From Zygnema circumcarinatum SAG 698-1b (Eukaryota > Plantae > Zygnematophyceae), in the NCBI GenBank assembly GCA_037447605.1, contig CM074804.1:620001-684000 (forward strand): a stretch of DNA of 64,000 bases. Direction: 5' to 3'. This document shows positions 34,000 to 45,309 of this stretch, piece by piece. Under the pieces are notes generated by a model that saw nothing but the letters and a program-made list of their open reading frames with translations, had not been told where the DNA came from and searched no databases. The position numbers were made by a program, and so were the translations under genes. Each line of letters begins with the position of its first letter. Within the stretch, counting starts at the first letter, position 1.

Positions 34000-36900
34000 A
34001 TGGTGTGGGTGTTCGCATCCGATGGGATCGTGGACAGCCGGAGAAATGGTGGGCCCTCGCGTGCCGTCTGTTGCGTCAATGAAGCACTGAAATTTGGCTA
34101 GTTTATCATTATATTGAATCACAGGTCTCTACTTTTATGGGCATATAAGTAAGCAAGCAGTGGTACTATGTTGTCAATCATTGTCTAGCGTCCTGTTAAT
34201 TCTCTTGGTCCTGTTTTATTGTTTTGCTGAAACATCGTGTTTTCACTGAACATAGCATTTCACCTGAAGGCTAAAGATTAGAACCTCTGGGACAGACATT
34301 TTTTACATGTGGGGCTCAGCATAACTCAACTCTGCGTTCGCCTGCAGGACCCAGTATCTATTCCTTTATGAAAGCAGGAACCTACACTATTGGTCGCAAA
34401 GGTGAGTGACTATGAGAATTTCGTTTAATTCACTACCCTTGAAGCTTTCTCCAGGCTGTGTGGCAAACTATCAACACTTGGGAGTCTAGCCATTGTTTGT
34501 TTGTCCTCGTTTCGCACTGATTTCTTAAAATTACTGATATTGTTGGGGCAGAAGTCGCTGTGCTGCTTCAGGAATGTCTTCATAATCTATATCTCATTCA
34601 TGTGCAGACTGCACCGTTGTCATCAACACTGACAAAGCCGTTTCACGGTTACATGCGGAGATCATTCTCGACAGAGCTGTGAAGTTTTCGCCGTCGCAGC
34701 ATGGGACTGAGACCCCTAGGGCGCCTATAAAAGTGAAGGATAAGTCCAAACTCGGGACATTCGTCAATAAAGCTGAGGGAGCTGAGTCGAACTCTGTCCT
34801 TCCTCGTCCTGATGGAGAAACGGCTCTCAAGGATGGAGATGTCGTGAGGTTTGGGACCAGCAAAACAACATTTAGGTCTGTTTCTGCCTCCTATTTAAAT
34901 TTTGAATGTATGGAAATATTTGCAAAGGGTGTTTGATGTCTCAGCCAATGTTCATGCCTGTATTGCTTGTTTTGACTATTAATCAGAACATATTCTTTGC
35001 AGGATTTCGTTCATTCCATTAGTTTTTTGTATACCAAAAGACATGGATGTTGTTGAACGACAGGATATCGAACAGCTTGCAGCCGATTTTGGTAAGCTTT
35101 TATCCTCGAGAAAGGGGCCGGTTACGAACTGAATGGGGATATCATCTTCTCACTCGACCTGATTCACATTTGCCATATTTCAATTATGCCTATTCAGGAC
35201 ATAATGCCTATTTATGCCTATTATGCCTATTTAGAACTGCCTGGCAGTAAACTACTGCAGTTTCCAGTGCGGAAGTCGAAAGAATCGTTTGGAAATCGCA
35301 TGCAAATATGGCTTGTGTTTTCTGTTTGTAATTGTTGCCCTTCTGTCACTGTGTTGTAGGTGTCCATCTTATTGAGGAGTGGTGTTCTGCCTGCACTCAT
35401 CTTCTCATTCGAAACAAAAGCTGCCTCTCACCTCTTCTGGCAACAGCGATAGCATCTGGCAAGCCAGTTTTGACTCTTGAATACCTCTTGGTAAATCTCT
35501 TCCGGTCCATCTCCGTACACCGAATTTCCCAGAGTTTCATGACAGCAGGCTGACCTGGAGAACATGGATTTTACTCGAAAATTAAAGTAATGTGGAAGGG
35601 GGTCTTTGGACCAGCTTTAGCGTAAGCTCCTCTCTGCTCCCTTACACTTGTTTTGGTAAAGGAACAAGGGGTCATCGTTGCCAATTGTTTCATACTCGGA
35701 GCTGATTGGATGCAGTAGTTAAATTTGCTCCCTCTCTCTCTCTCTCAAGTTTCTCCCTTTCAATGCTGCAGGCATTCCGTTCCATCACCTCTCCAGACAC
35801 TCCACTTCCCAGTACTGATCAGTGAGTTTCTTATCCCTGCTAAAAGAAATAAAAGTCTGAGCGATCTTAAGAAAGCGTGCAAGAGTTTTAACTCTTTGGT
35901 GAATGCTCCGCTTTGTTTTAATCATGCATGGAACACACACATACCTTTGAGCCGTCCTTATTCAGTTAGACAGTTAAAGATATGCCCTCGTTAGACTATG
36001 GAATAACGGAATTCTAGGCTTGGAAAGTGGCTTTTGTAAGCATCAATATTCCTCTGATTTTTGTAGGTTCGCACCACAAGTGTTTCTCCATAAACCCTCT
36101 TCGGAGATATCACAAGGAGACAAAGGGGAAGGTCTAGTCACAGTTGCAAGTCTTATCGACAGACATGCAATCTTTCATGGGATCACGTTTTTTGTGACTT
36201 CCTCTATAACTGTAAGAACGCTTATTCTTTTTTTCTCTATGCAACTGTCTGAGAGCGAGAGCCTGAGAATGAGTGGAAGTGTAAATAAGCAAGAACACAT
36301 TCAGGAGAGTGTTTACAACTTTAGTTATTGAGGGCTGCTCTACATAACCAGATCAGGAAACATGTCATAAAAGTTGCAGAGCTTAGAGAGTCTTGGTAGA
36401 ACAAAGTGAAGCCATTGCATCTTCGCCTTTATGGTTGTTTTGAAAGAAGATGGAACCCCTTTATGTAAAGGCAAGAGCCTGCATGTATCACACAATATGG
36501 TGGATTGATATGAAGGTGCATATGAATATGCGTGACCTTTTTCATCATTTTGCATTCAAGCTCGCCTCCTGCTTTCCCTTTCTCTTCTCTCTCTCTTTTT
36601 CCCTCTGTCACATCTCTGCCCCACTCTCTTCCTCTCTATCACCTTGTCCTCCGTCTCTCTTCTGCTTTTCCCTCTTTTAAGTCCCCCTTCCCTCATCCTT
36701 CTCTTCTGTTTCTCTCTCCTTCTCCATGTTCCTTGACCTCTACTTTTCTCTCTCCCAATTCGTTCATCTCCCTTCCTCGTCCTCTCCTCTCGGAGAGATG
36801 TGTTGCGTGCAGTACAGTAAAAGTCTGCCCCCTTTGCTGGAAGCAGCTGGAGGCATGATCATGGATATTGACTCAGCAAGACAGGAGGTATATATGTATG

Positions 36901-39113
36901 GACCTTACCGGCATATTACCTTTACTACCTTCATTATATTATTTGTACCTTTAAGCACCTTTTTCCTTTTTATAGCTACTTTATTACCTTACTGGCAGCG
37001 ATGTTGCACATAGATGTTTTTTGTGATCCCGTTGTGGCTATCAAGGCTTTGTGCAGATTTACCTTCTTCTTCATTATTGGCGAATTGGGAGCCCTATTCT
37101 CTGCTTCTGATCTGTATAAAAACTCTTGGTTGGATAACCTTGTACAGATATGTCATTTTGAATCATGAGAACAAATTCAACAGCTGTTTTAGGATTCGTG
37201 TTGATAAGTACATTCTTCTGTCGCCTTTTTCTGGCAGGAAGTTGAAGCTGATGTTGGGCCGCACAACTTCATCTTTGTTCTCACCGACAAACAGACACTT
37301 CCAAAAGATCTCGAGGGTTCCATGTCCGCTAAGAGTGCAGCTCTGTTCCGTAAGCTTCCACGGACAACAGAACTGAAGCTCATGGAAGCAGTTCTGACAG
37401 GCTGCTTTGACATGGAAACCGCTCTTTTGGCACCGGCTCCAAATGAGGGTAAGACCTTTGTTTGCCCTAAAAGCTTCAGAGGGAATCTTTTTATCTTGTT
37501 CTTTTTTTAAGGGAATCTTCTTTCTATCAAAATTGTGAGTCAATACCAAATACATTTCCTTCAGATAGAGTCGTTAGTCAGGCTTTGATACTCCGTTTCT
37601 TTGCTCGTAGCTGTTCTTTTGGCCTCCAATAATTCCAACCGCTTTTGTCTATTTCCCTGTTTCCCTATGTTTCTGGTAAGGTCGGGTTGCAGGCTGCCCA
37701 GATGAGAAGGTAGCGATGAGTACTTCGACAGATGAAACTATCGATGAGTCAGAGGGAGTGGAGGTAGAAACTGCCACGTCAGCAAGGAAAGGAGAAGCCC
37801 CCGACGTTGTGGGAGGTCCACCGGAGGTGGAAATACAGGCACTAATCTTACTGTTTAATACTCCTTTTGCTTTATCTATGCTGTAGGAGTCTTGATGTGT
37901 TGGCTTTCCGAAGGGTATCCTTCTTCTGCAATGGTTTATAAGGTTTGTTTTCTTGAGCTGCCAAGGAAATAGGCTGAAATGAAACTTTGCTTGCAGGGCT
38001 CGAGATCCTTCTCTCTCCCACATCCCCCAAAGCAAGAAGTAGGAAGTAGAGGAGGAGCTGCTAATTCTAACAGCCAATCTGAAAAATGGGTTCAAAGTCA
38101 GAGAACGGTTGAAATGAAGGCCACAGGCAAAGAGGCAGCAAAAACTGTGAGCACAAACGGACAAGGCAAAATGAACAGCCATTTGGATGGAGGAAAGGAG
38201 AACGGAGCTCATGTATCAGACAGGAGATCAGCTGAGGATGAGTCTTTAACATCCAGTGCAGACATCATTTATGCCAAACTTGTGGTTAGAAATAGGTTTT
38301 CCAGAGAGGCCCAAATGCTCTCCATTGAACGTGGAGCTACTCTTCAGAATATCCCAAACTTCAAACGGTTTCGGAAGGTGAGAAGTAGAAAGAAAGTGGG
38401 TTTTTGCTGAGGTTCGCTGTAATCTAAAGCTTGGATCTTCTGCCTTTCCAAACAGTGGGTTTTTTAACTGTTCATTTGGGAGATAAGGTTCAGCGAGTTG
38501 AATTGTTCAAGCAGTAAAGCCATTTCAGTTGTCAGCCATTCGACTCTTTCGACAGTACAGGTGGCGTGTTCCTTTGAAGGAAAACAAAAGATCAAAAAAC
38601 ACATGTTGGAGTGGAGTTTTCTCTTACTGCTGCCCACTGGGCAAACGGAATGCAGGCTCATCAGTTGGTAGCCTCCGGGAACAGCTATACCTCGCTTGTA
38701 CCCTTTGCAGAGGAGCCGTACAGGTAGAGCCCTTCCCTCTTATGGCCCCTCTCTTATCTCCTTCTTTGAGCTTCGTCTCTGCTGCAACACTGTGTACCAC
38801 ATACCATGGTTTTCGGGTTCTAAAGACTAATTCTAGTGCCACTTATGTAGTACTTAGATTTTCTTCGCCAGGTTCTTTAGGGGTTGGGCTGCGGGTGCTA
38901 AGAATTGTTTAGAGGGTAGTGCAATTTGTGTATGTTGGTGTGCTTAGAGAAGAAAGGATCGATAAGGGATTTCCAATTACTCGAAGTTTAATCCATGGCT
39001 AATGTCTCTGCAGAGAGTCGGACTTGAAGAAAGATGTGGAGGAGTTCATGAAGAGAGAGAAGAAGAGAAAGGAGAGCGAGGCGGCTGCAGATGAGCTCTT
39101 CCATGCAGACAGG
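34000..39113 (+). CDS. NBS1: Nibrin / NBS1 (FHA + BRCT + MRE11-binding motif); terminal exon unresolved
   Basis: Exons include 34000-34048 (MVWVF), 34348-34401 (GTYTIGRK), 34608-34875 (DKAVSRLHAEI, KDKSKLGTFVN, DGDVVRFG), 35003-35091, 35360-35490, about 37238-37449, 37692-37826 (STDETID), 37997-38377 (PNFKRFRK), 38656-38723 (GNSYTSLVPF) and 39014-39113 (EKKRKESEAAADELF). Confidence 0.93.
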
Positions 39114-39267
39114 GTATGGCGTGCACCCTCGTCTCATGCTCGTGCATGTCTTGCAATGGTAACTTCTTAAAAGGGAGGTGGAGCAATCTCTGCATATAGG
39201 CAGTTAAGTGAGTGAAGGAAAGGGCCTATTCAAGCGTATGGTTCTGGTCGTAACCTGGACAGGTCGG

Positions 39268-39864
39268 ATCATTGGATCAGCAACAACCATTGGCCAACCA
39301 CTGTTTGCCATTCTTTTGGTTGGCTGGCCAATGTTTCTTAACCATCGGCAATGGTTGGCAACCATCGGCCATCAATTGTTGCGACCATTGCCAATGGTTG
39401 GTTGGGTCCGTCAAACACTGGTTCGAACCATTGGCAATGGTTGGCAAGCATTCAATCCAATGGTTTGCATCCATTCCAGTGGTTTCTTGGTCCGACCTTT
39501 GGTAAACTTGTGTGGGAATGAACCCGGAGGATCAGATACGCATAGTGGTCTTAGACACCTCTAGACATGCATGCATGATGGGGGCATGCATGTTGTTGCC
39601 TTCATTCTGATTGAGGGTGACATCCTTTGAAAGGTGGCGTTGTCGATCGGTCAGTCAGAAGGATTTTTAGGGTTTCTTGCAACGCTGGACCCCCCTATGA
39701 AACCCTGAACTGTGATATAGCCCTGCATGTGGTTTCGTTTTTCAGCTAAAACGGCAAAAGGCGGTGAGCGGAAACCCACAATCGAGTGCCAAAGGAGCTC
39801 TTCCTATCGCTCCAAGGCCTCCCCGAGGAAGGTAGGCACCTGTCGTGGAAGGCAGTCCTCCCCT

Positions 39865-39896
<32 letters not shown>

Positions 39897-40510
39897 NNNN
39901 NNNNNNCCCCCCCCCCCCCCCCCCCCCCCCCCCCCCACCACTTTGTTTTTGCTCTCGTGGAGTGGGATGAGAGCCCCTGTGAAGGACCTTCCCATTTGGG
40001 TAGGGAGTTGAAGTGTACATTTGGGTAGGGAGTTGAAGTGTTGTACAGTTGGTTTGCTGGTGAGTCTGAGGAGGCTTTAAGAGTAGTTGGCTCGGGAGAA
40101 TGGTGGGAATAGGAGGTCTGGACTTCAGTTTTTCCTTTCCTTTTTAATTTGAGATCAATTTCAGGTTACTGATAAGAGCAAGGATTTTTCCGGGCAGCCT
40201 CTGTTGTTCCAACGTATTGCAATGCAAACAGTACTGTAATCGTTTGGAAAACAATCGAACATCACAAGCTTGGATTGGCTTTGCTTAATGGGACAACGGT
40301 CTCCGAGTCACCACCCCTTAGTTGGCAACAAAACCAAACAGTGCAGATGGCTAGAACTATAAGTTGGCGGAACCAGGGCAACCATTGGCTTCCAACCATT
40401 GCAACGGCAGAAACTGGTTAATCCCAGTGGTTGAATTCTAGCCATTGGTTGGTGAACCAAACCAACTATTGGTTGTTGCTGCAGCCATTGTTTGCCAATT
40501 GCTTGCCAAC
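39268..40510. repeat. Segment with AACCATTGG/CCAATGGTT-rich blocks at both ends (possible degenerate non-autonomous DNA element)
   Basis: Blocks at 39268-39500 and 40370-40510 share inverted similarity (cagcaacaacca / tggttgttgctg). The interior has a poly-C/N gap and a 25-bp tandem duplication at about 39991-40043. Confidence 0.4.
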
Positions 40511-40984
40511 AATGCCGGGACCATAGTTCGCAAATCCACTAGTAAGACCTGTGAAATATTGATGTTCCAGAATCAACAAGCCAAGGGTGTGCCCATGTTA
40601 CTGCGAGTCACATATTGTAACCCTATACAGCCGGTTGACAGTCAAAAAGGTTCGCTGCCAATAAGTGGGGCCAAGCAGAATGTAATTGGTTGGTCGACAT
40701 GATTTTAACAATTTGCGATAAACGTGAACCAAAGATGCTGACTACTGTAGTTTCATACGGTCTATGTGTCAAATGCTCAGTCAGACTTTCATCTCAACTA
40801 AGGTTGGCTTGTACCACTACTCTTGCTTGCAAAGTAGTCGAAGAAGCACCCTTCCATCATAATGGGGGAAAAAAAAAATAACAGGCATCGTACAACCACA
40901 TCACAGTGAGCTTGAAAGTAACCACCAAACGCATTAAAACAAGTGAAAAATAGAAGATCGCAGGGTGACTTAACAAAGGGGCAT

Positions 40985-43286
40985 CTATTCCAACCCATAT
41001 TCTGCAAACTTTTCTCTCAATGTTCGGCTGCCCTTCATGGTCGCTTCAAGATCCTCTCTCAACACTTCAAGCTCCCCAGCATTCTTAGGCTCCACTTGAA
41101 AGGGCAGCCCTATCTCTGCAAGGTCACCCAAAATAGCATCCCTCAAACCAGGTATTCTGGACCCTGCGATTATTCGCAAGACAGGCCCCAAAGTCGAACC
41201 TCTCTGAAGCTTTAAGTCAATCAGCTTCAGCCAACGCAGCAGGGCCATCCTTGCTACGGGCACAGGGAAGGAGTGGATATTGAGATCGTAAGAAGTTTTG
41301 AATTTGAAGCAATAGTGTAGGGGCAACCCCCTCTCCTCTGCCAGAATAAAGAGTCCTAGAGCGACTTTCTTCTGACCTAAGTTCAGAACGGTGTGGAAAA
41401 TATGGAGGAACATCCTCTTTACATGGTCTATGAATCTGACCCTCGAATTGTCCTTCAACATGTTGGTGACCCATTGGTGCAGAGCATACTGAAAAGGGGT
41501 CTCCTCCCATGCCCTTAGGTCAAGCAAGGTCGTAAGGTTCTGGCCCATTTCACTGTCCACAACAGTCAAGACTTTCAGGCATTCCTGTACTTCCTCTGAA
41601 TCTGCAGGTCCCTTCAAGCGTGCTATATGCGCAAGGAGCATGCAGAGACATCTGTGATCAGGATAGCTCCCTTTCCTCCGGAATTTATCCATCAGTTCCA
41701 AGCAATCAGTCCATCTATTCAAGCGGAGAAACTGCTTCATGGCACATGTCAGTACGTTAGATCTAATCCAAGGGGGGATAAAATCAGTCTCGAGAATCTC
41801 GGCGACCGCTTTATCCAATTTGTCGGTATTACCAGTTTTACCATAGAAGCTAAGTCTCACATAAGCAGCGTGCATTATCCATGAGATTCCCGCCTCTTCC
41901 ATTCGCTTAAAGACCTTCTCAAAGTTATCCAAATCATTGACCTGTGTATAGGCTCCAGCCATGTGAACAAAAGTGATATAATTCGGAGGGATACCTGCCG
42001 CTTTCATTTCTTCAAAAGCATTCTCCATCTTTGCAAGCTCTCCCATATCTCCCAGTCGCCCTATCAAGATATTGTAGGTCTTGTCGTTTGGACACAGTCC
42101 AAGCTCTTTCATCCGACTCAGTGCCTCAAACATCTCCTTTGCCCGGCGCGCACTTCCGTAACCTTGTATAAGACCGTGCCACATGAAGTGGTCTGCCTTT
42201 TCGGCAGACGGGAGTTCATTAACGTAATTTTCCGCATCTTGGATCTGATCTTTCAGGAACAACGCCTTCAATAAGGAGGAACGGTGATGCTTGTTTAATT
42301 GAATGCCCTCGCTTTTCATATTAGATAGAATGGCATGCACACGACTGGTCTGATTTGCGCCTACCAGAATTTTCAGTATCAGGCTGTAGTCAAACGCATC
42401 CGGCTGAAACCGGAGCCTTTTGTTCAGTGCAATCCAATTGAAAACCTGGATGGCAGATAGCGAATTCAGTTCAAAAATAAACTGAATGAACAACAACAAC
42501 AACAACATTAGCATAAGCCTTCTTATATGTAGACTGCTTCATCTTTTTTATTTACATTGCATGTGAGGACGAAGGGAGGAAAGGGGGAAAGGATGGGAAA
42601 GAGGCCAGACGAGCGAAGCAGGAACGGAAACGGAGACGAAGGTAAAAATGAAGGCCAGGAAGAGTATGTGCAGAGAGAGGGAGGGGGAGAGGGGAGGAGC
42701 AGGGGGGGAAGGAGAGGGAGAGGGAGAGGGAGGAATTTACATGCTAAGGGAGGGATAGGAAGAGCATTTGATGCTCGCTTACCCACAGCGCAAGGCGCCA
42801 TGCATGCAATCGTGAAGCTCTCATCATTGTTGCCCGCAAATGCTCCTGTTTTATGTGACGTTCCATTTCATTCAGCACTTTCTCACACTCATTCCAGGAT
42901 GTCGAGCCAAGGAGGCCCTTCCAAAGCCGGCCTGCCACATCATTCGATATGATCTTCTTGTCTGTCGACCAATCCCTGAGTTGCCTGCTGTGGCTGCGAG
43001 ATTGCTGCAAGGAGCCACGATGTGTGATGCAACAGAAGCCTGAAACTCCATTTGCATGCTGATATGATGAAAGTGACTCCAGGGGTAATGGCCCAACTAA
43101 ACTGAAACTTTTATTAGCCCACACAACTGACGGTTCCTTGACCCCCAGCCATGGCGCCCAGCCCCCAGAAAGCTGCGGTTGAAGCTCCTCGCTGATCCGT
43201 CGGAAAACAGAGAGGAGTCCTCCATAGCCATGGCGCCTGCATGCCTTCTCCGCCCTGCAAACCCTAAGTATCTCCTTTCCAGCCAT
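40985..43286 (-). CDS. P-class pentatricopeptide repeat protein with a C-terminal SMR-like domain, about 654 aa
   Basis: complement join(43286..42783,42445..40985) is in frame. PPR repeats (PDAFDYSLILKILV, PNDKTYNILIGRLGDMG, PPNYITFVHMAGAY) and an SMR-like end (LNIHSFPVPVARMALLRWL..LRIIAGS..LRDAILGDL). Confidence 0.88.
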
Positions 43287-43869
43287 TGCATGCAAATTCC
43301 ACAATAACCTTCCTACTCGCAGGCACGAGGACATGGAAACGAAAGTTCAACTGTTAGGAACCGACGGTCAAGAATCCTGGCAACAATAGCCTTTAGACAT
43401 CCTCAAATCCTAAATTATCTGGACATATCCGCATGAATTCCTGCAACAGAATCCTTCAATCCTGAGCTATCTGGACGTGCCAAGCCTCTTACATGCAAGC
43501 GGCAGGAATGTTGCGGAGTCCCACACACCTCCGCCAGCTCATTGCGCTGGCCTTCACTCAAAGTTCAGCAAGGAAGCGCTAGCGGCGTGCAGGAACGCGC
43601 CATGGCTGTGCTTCAGCGCTTTGGCCCTTCCCACTCGCATCAGCAGCAAAGGCTTTGTCCTCCGCTGTATCGTTCTTCCTGCGATATACCTCGATCGAAA
43701 TGTGTCGCATATCGTGGGGGAGCCGCAGTGCCTTTCCTTCTGTGCATGACATTATGGAAACAACTTATGTGAGTCATTGTGAGTCTTTCAACATCTTTTC
43801 TCTAACGTGAGTAGAAGCCAAATTCGTTCAGGAAATGAGGTGGGGTTGTCAACGAGGGCCGTGTTCGGG

Positions 43870-44516
43870 TGAAATGTGCCCGCTGATCCAATGAATGGTT
43901 CGACCTGCGGTTGGTTTCTCATCGACTCTTTGGCGGTATATCGTAAAACTGCCGCAAGGAGCGCCATCCCGTATACGGTAAACTGGAACGGGGCCCGCAT
44001 CTGACGGTCGGGTGTGGCAAACCTTCCAATCCAACGGCCAGCCATGCTGCGATCCAACGGCAATCCTACGGTTTCCCTTCCCGCATCGGACGGGCATCCA
44101 CGCCCCTCAAGCCGCATGGGCCACACTATGGCACTGCCATCGCTAATACCATCCCCCATTTCTTTCCTCTTTCCTTGTAAGACATAAACGAGGTACACGA
44201 AAAGAAAATAGAAAAGAAGTGGCATTGATCTCACGATGGCGAGGCCATCAAATGTACATGGACAACATCAGCATGGGGAACCACGAGGAACTGGGCGCAA
44301 AGGACCCAAACCCAAAAGAAAAAAGCTTGGCGCGGAACTAGAGGTATTAGACGTCTTCATAATAAAGTAAAGCGCGCGATGGCAAAGCCATGGAAAATCA
44401 GAAAGGGAACATTGAACTCAAATAAATGGGGTCGTGTGAGGTTGGCAGTTAGAGCGAGTGCTCGGCCAAGAAGCAGCCATGGATGGATGGGAGAGCAGGC
44501 TCAACATGCGGAGTAG
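43870..44516 (-). mobile_element. Longest copy of dispersed repeat family A
   Basis: The reverse complement of 43870-44106 matches 10616-10850 and 57116-57255. The reverse complement of 44446-44516 matches 57045-57115. Confidence 0.7.
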
Positions 44517-44603
44517 CCTCATGGTAGAAGGCCTGCATTGCGCTTATGCGCATATACCATGCAAAATTAAGAAAACCTATTGGCCTTAGGCTGAGGGAGG
44601 GGA

Positions 44604-44892
44604 CAGTTAAGCGTTCGCAGTTGAACGGACTGCCTAGTCCCACAATCCGCTTTTGTACAATCGATACGAAAGATATATCGAATATCTCGAAGCATATTGA
44701 AATCGATATATCATTGTGGGATATATCTACAATATGTCGATCTCGATACGCCCGTCCTAAAATGTTAGTACGTTATGGCCAATTTCAACCAATACTTTCC
44801 CCTTTCCATGTTCCATTACATGCTAATGTGCGAAGCACAGTTAAGCGTTCGCAGTTAAACGACATGCCTAGTTCCTCAATCCACTTTCGTAC
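44604..44892. repeat. About 60-bp direct repeats flanking an ATCGAT/GATATATC-rich segment
   Basis: acagttaagcgttcgcagtt.aacg...tgcctagt.cc.caatcc.cttt.gtaca at about 44604-44662 and 44837-44892. Confidence 0.8.
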
Positions 44893-45309
44893 AGTCGCCG
44901 TAACTGTACGGTCTGCAAGCGCTGACTTTTCTGGTCAAATATCCACACATGCGGCCGCCCGGTACTGTTCAGGCGGTGGCAGGAGCCTGCGGGCTGCAGG
45001 CGGCTGTTGGGGCGGAGTCCTGCTGAGGGAGGGAGGGAGGGAGCCTGGGAGGCCATGGTGGCCGAGCAATGGCGGCCGGGGGGCCGGGTGCCTGCTTGTC
45101 TCAGAGCGTGAATTTGAAGCTCGCGCCTTGGCGGACTGGGCTTGGAAGCTATCCTGACAATGGATAGAAGTAGAGGGCGGGTTCTTGCCGCCAGAGGGCG
45201 GGCTAGGGTTGATGTGGAGGTTTGAAGGTTTGGAAGGAGGCGCAGGGATAGGATTCCGAGGTGGTCGTGGGAAAAGGGGAGATTTTTTGAGCTGTAAGAG
45301 GCTTGGAAG

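Noticed and set aside
39866-39936. Poly-C/poly-G tracts with 10 Ns (also 55055-55064, 58235-58244, 59418-59427) as biological elements
   Set aside because: Fixed 10-N gaps inside homopolymer or dinucleotide runs are assembly joins; true lengths are unknown.
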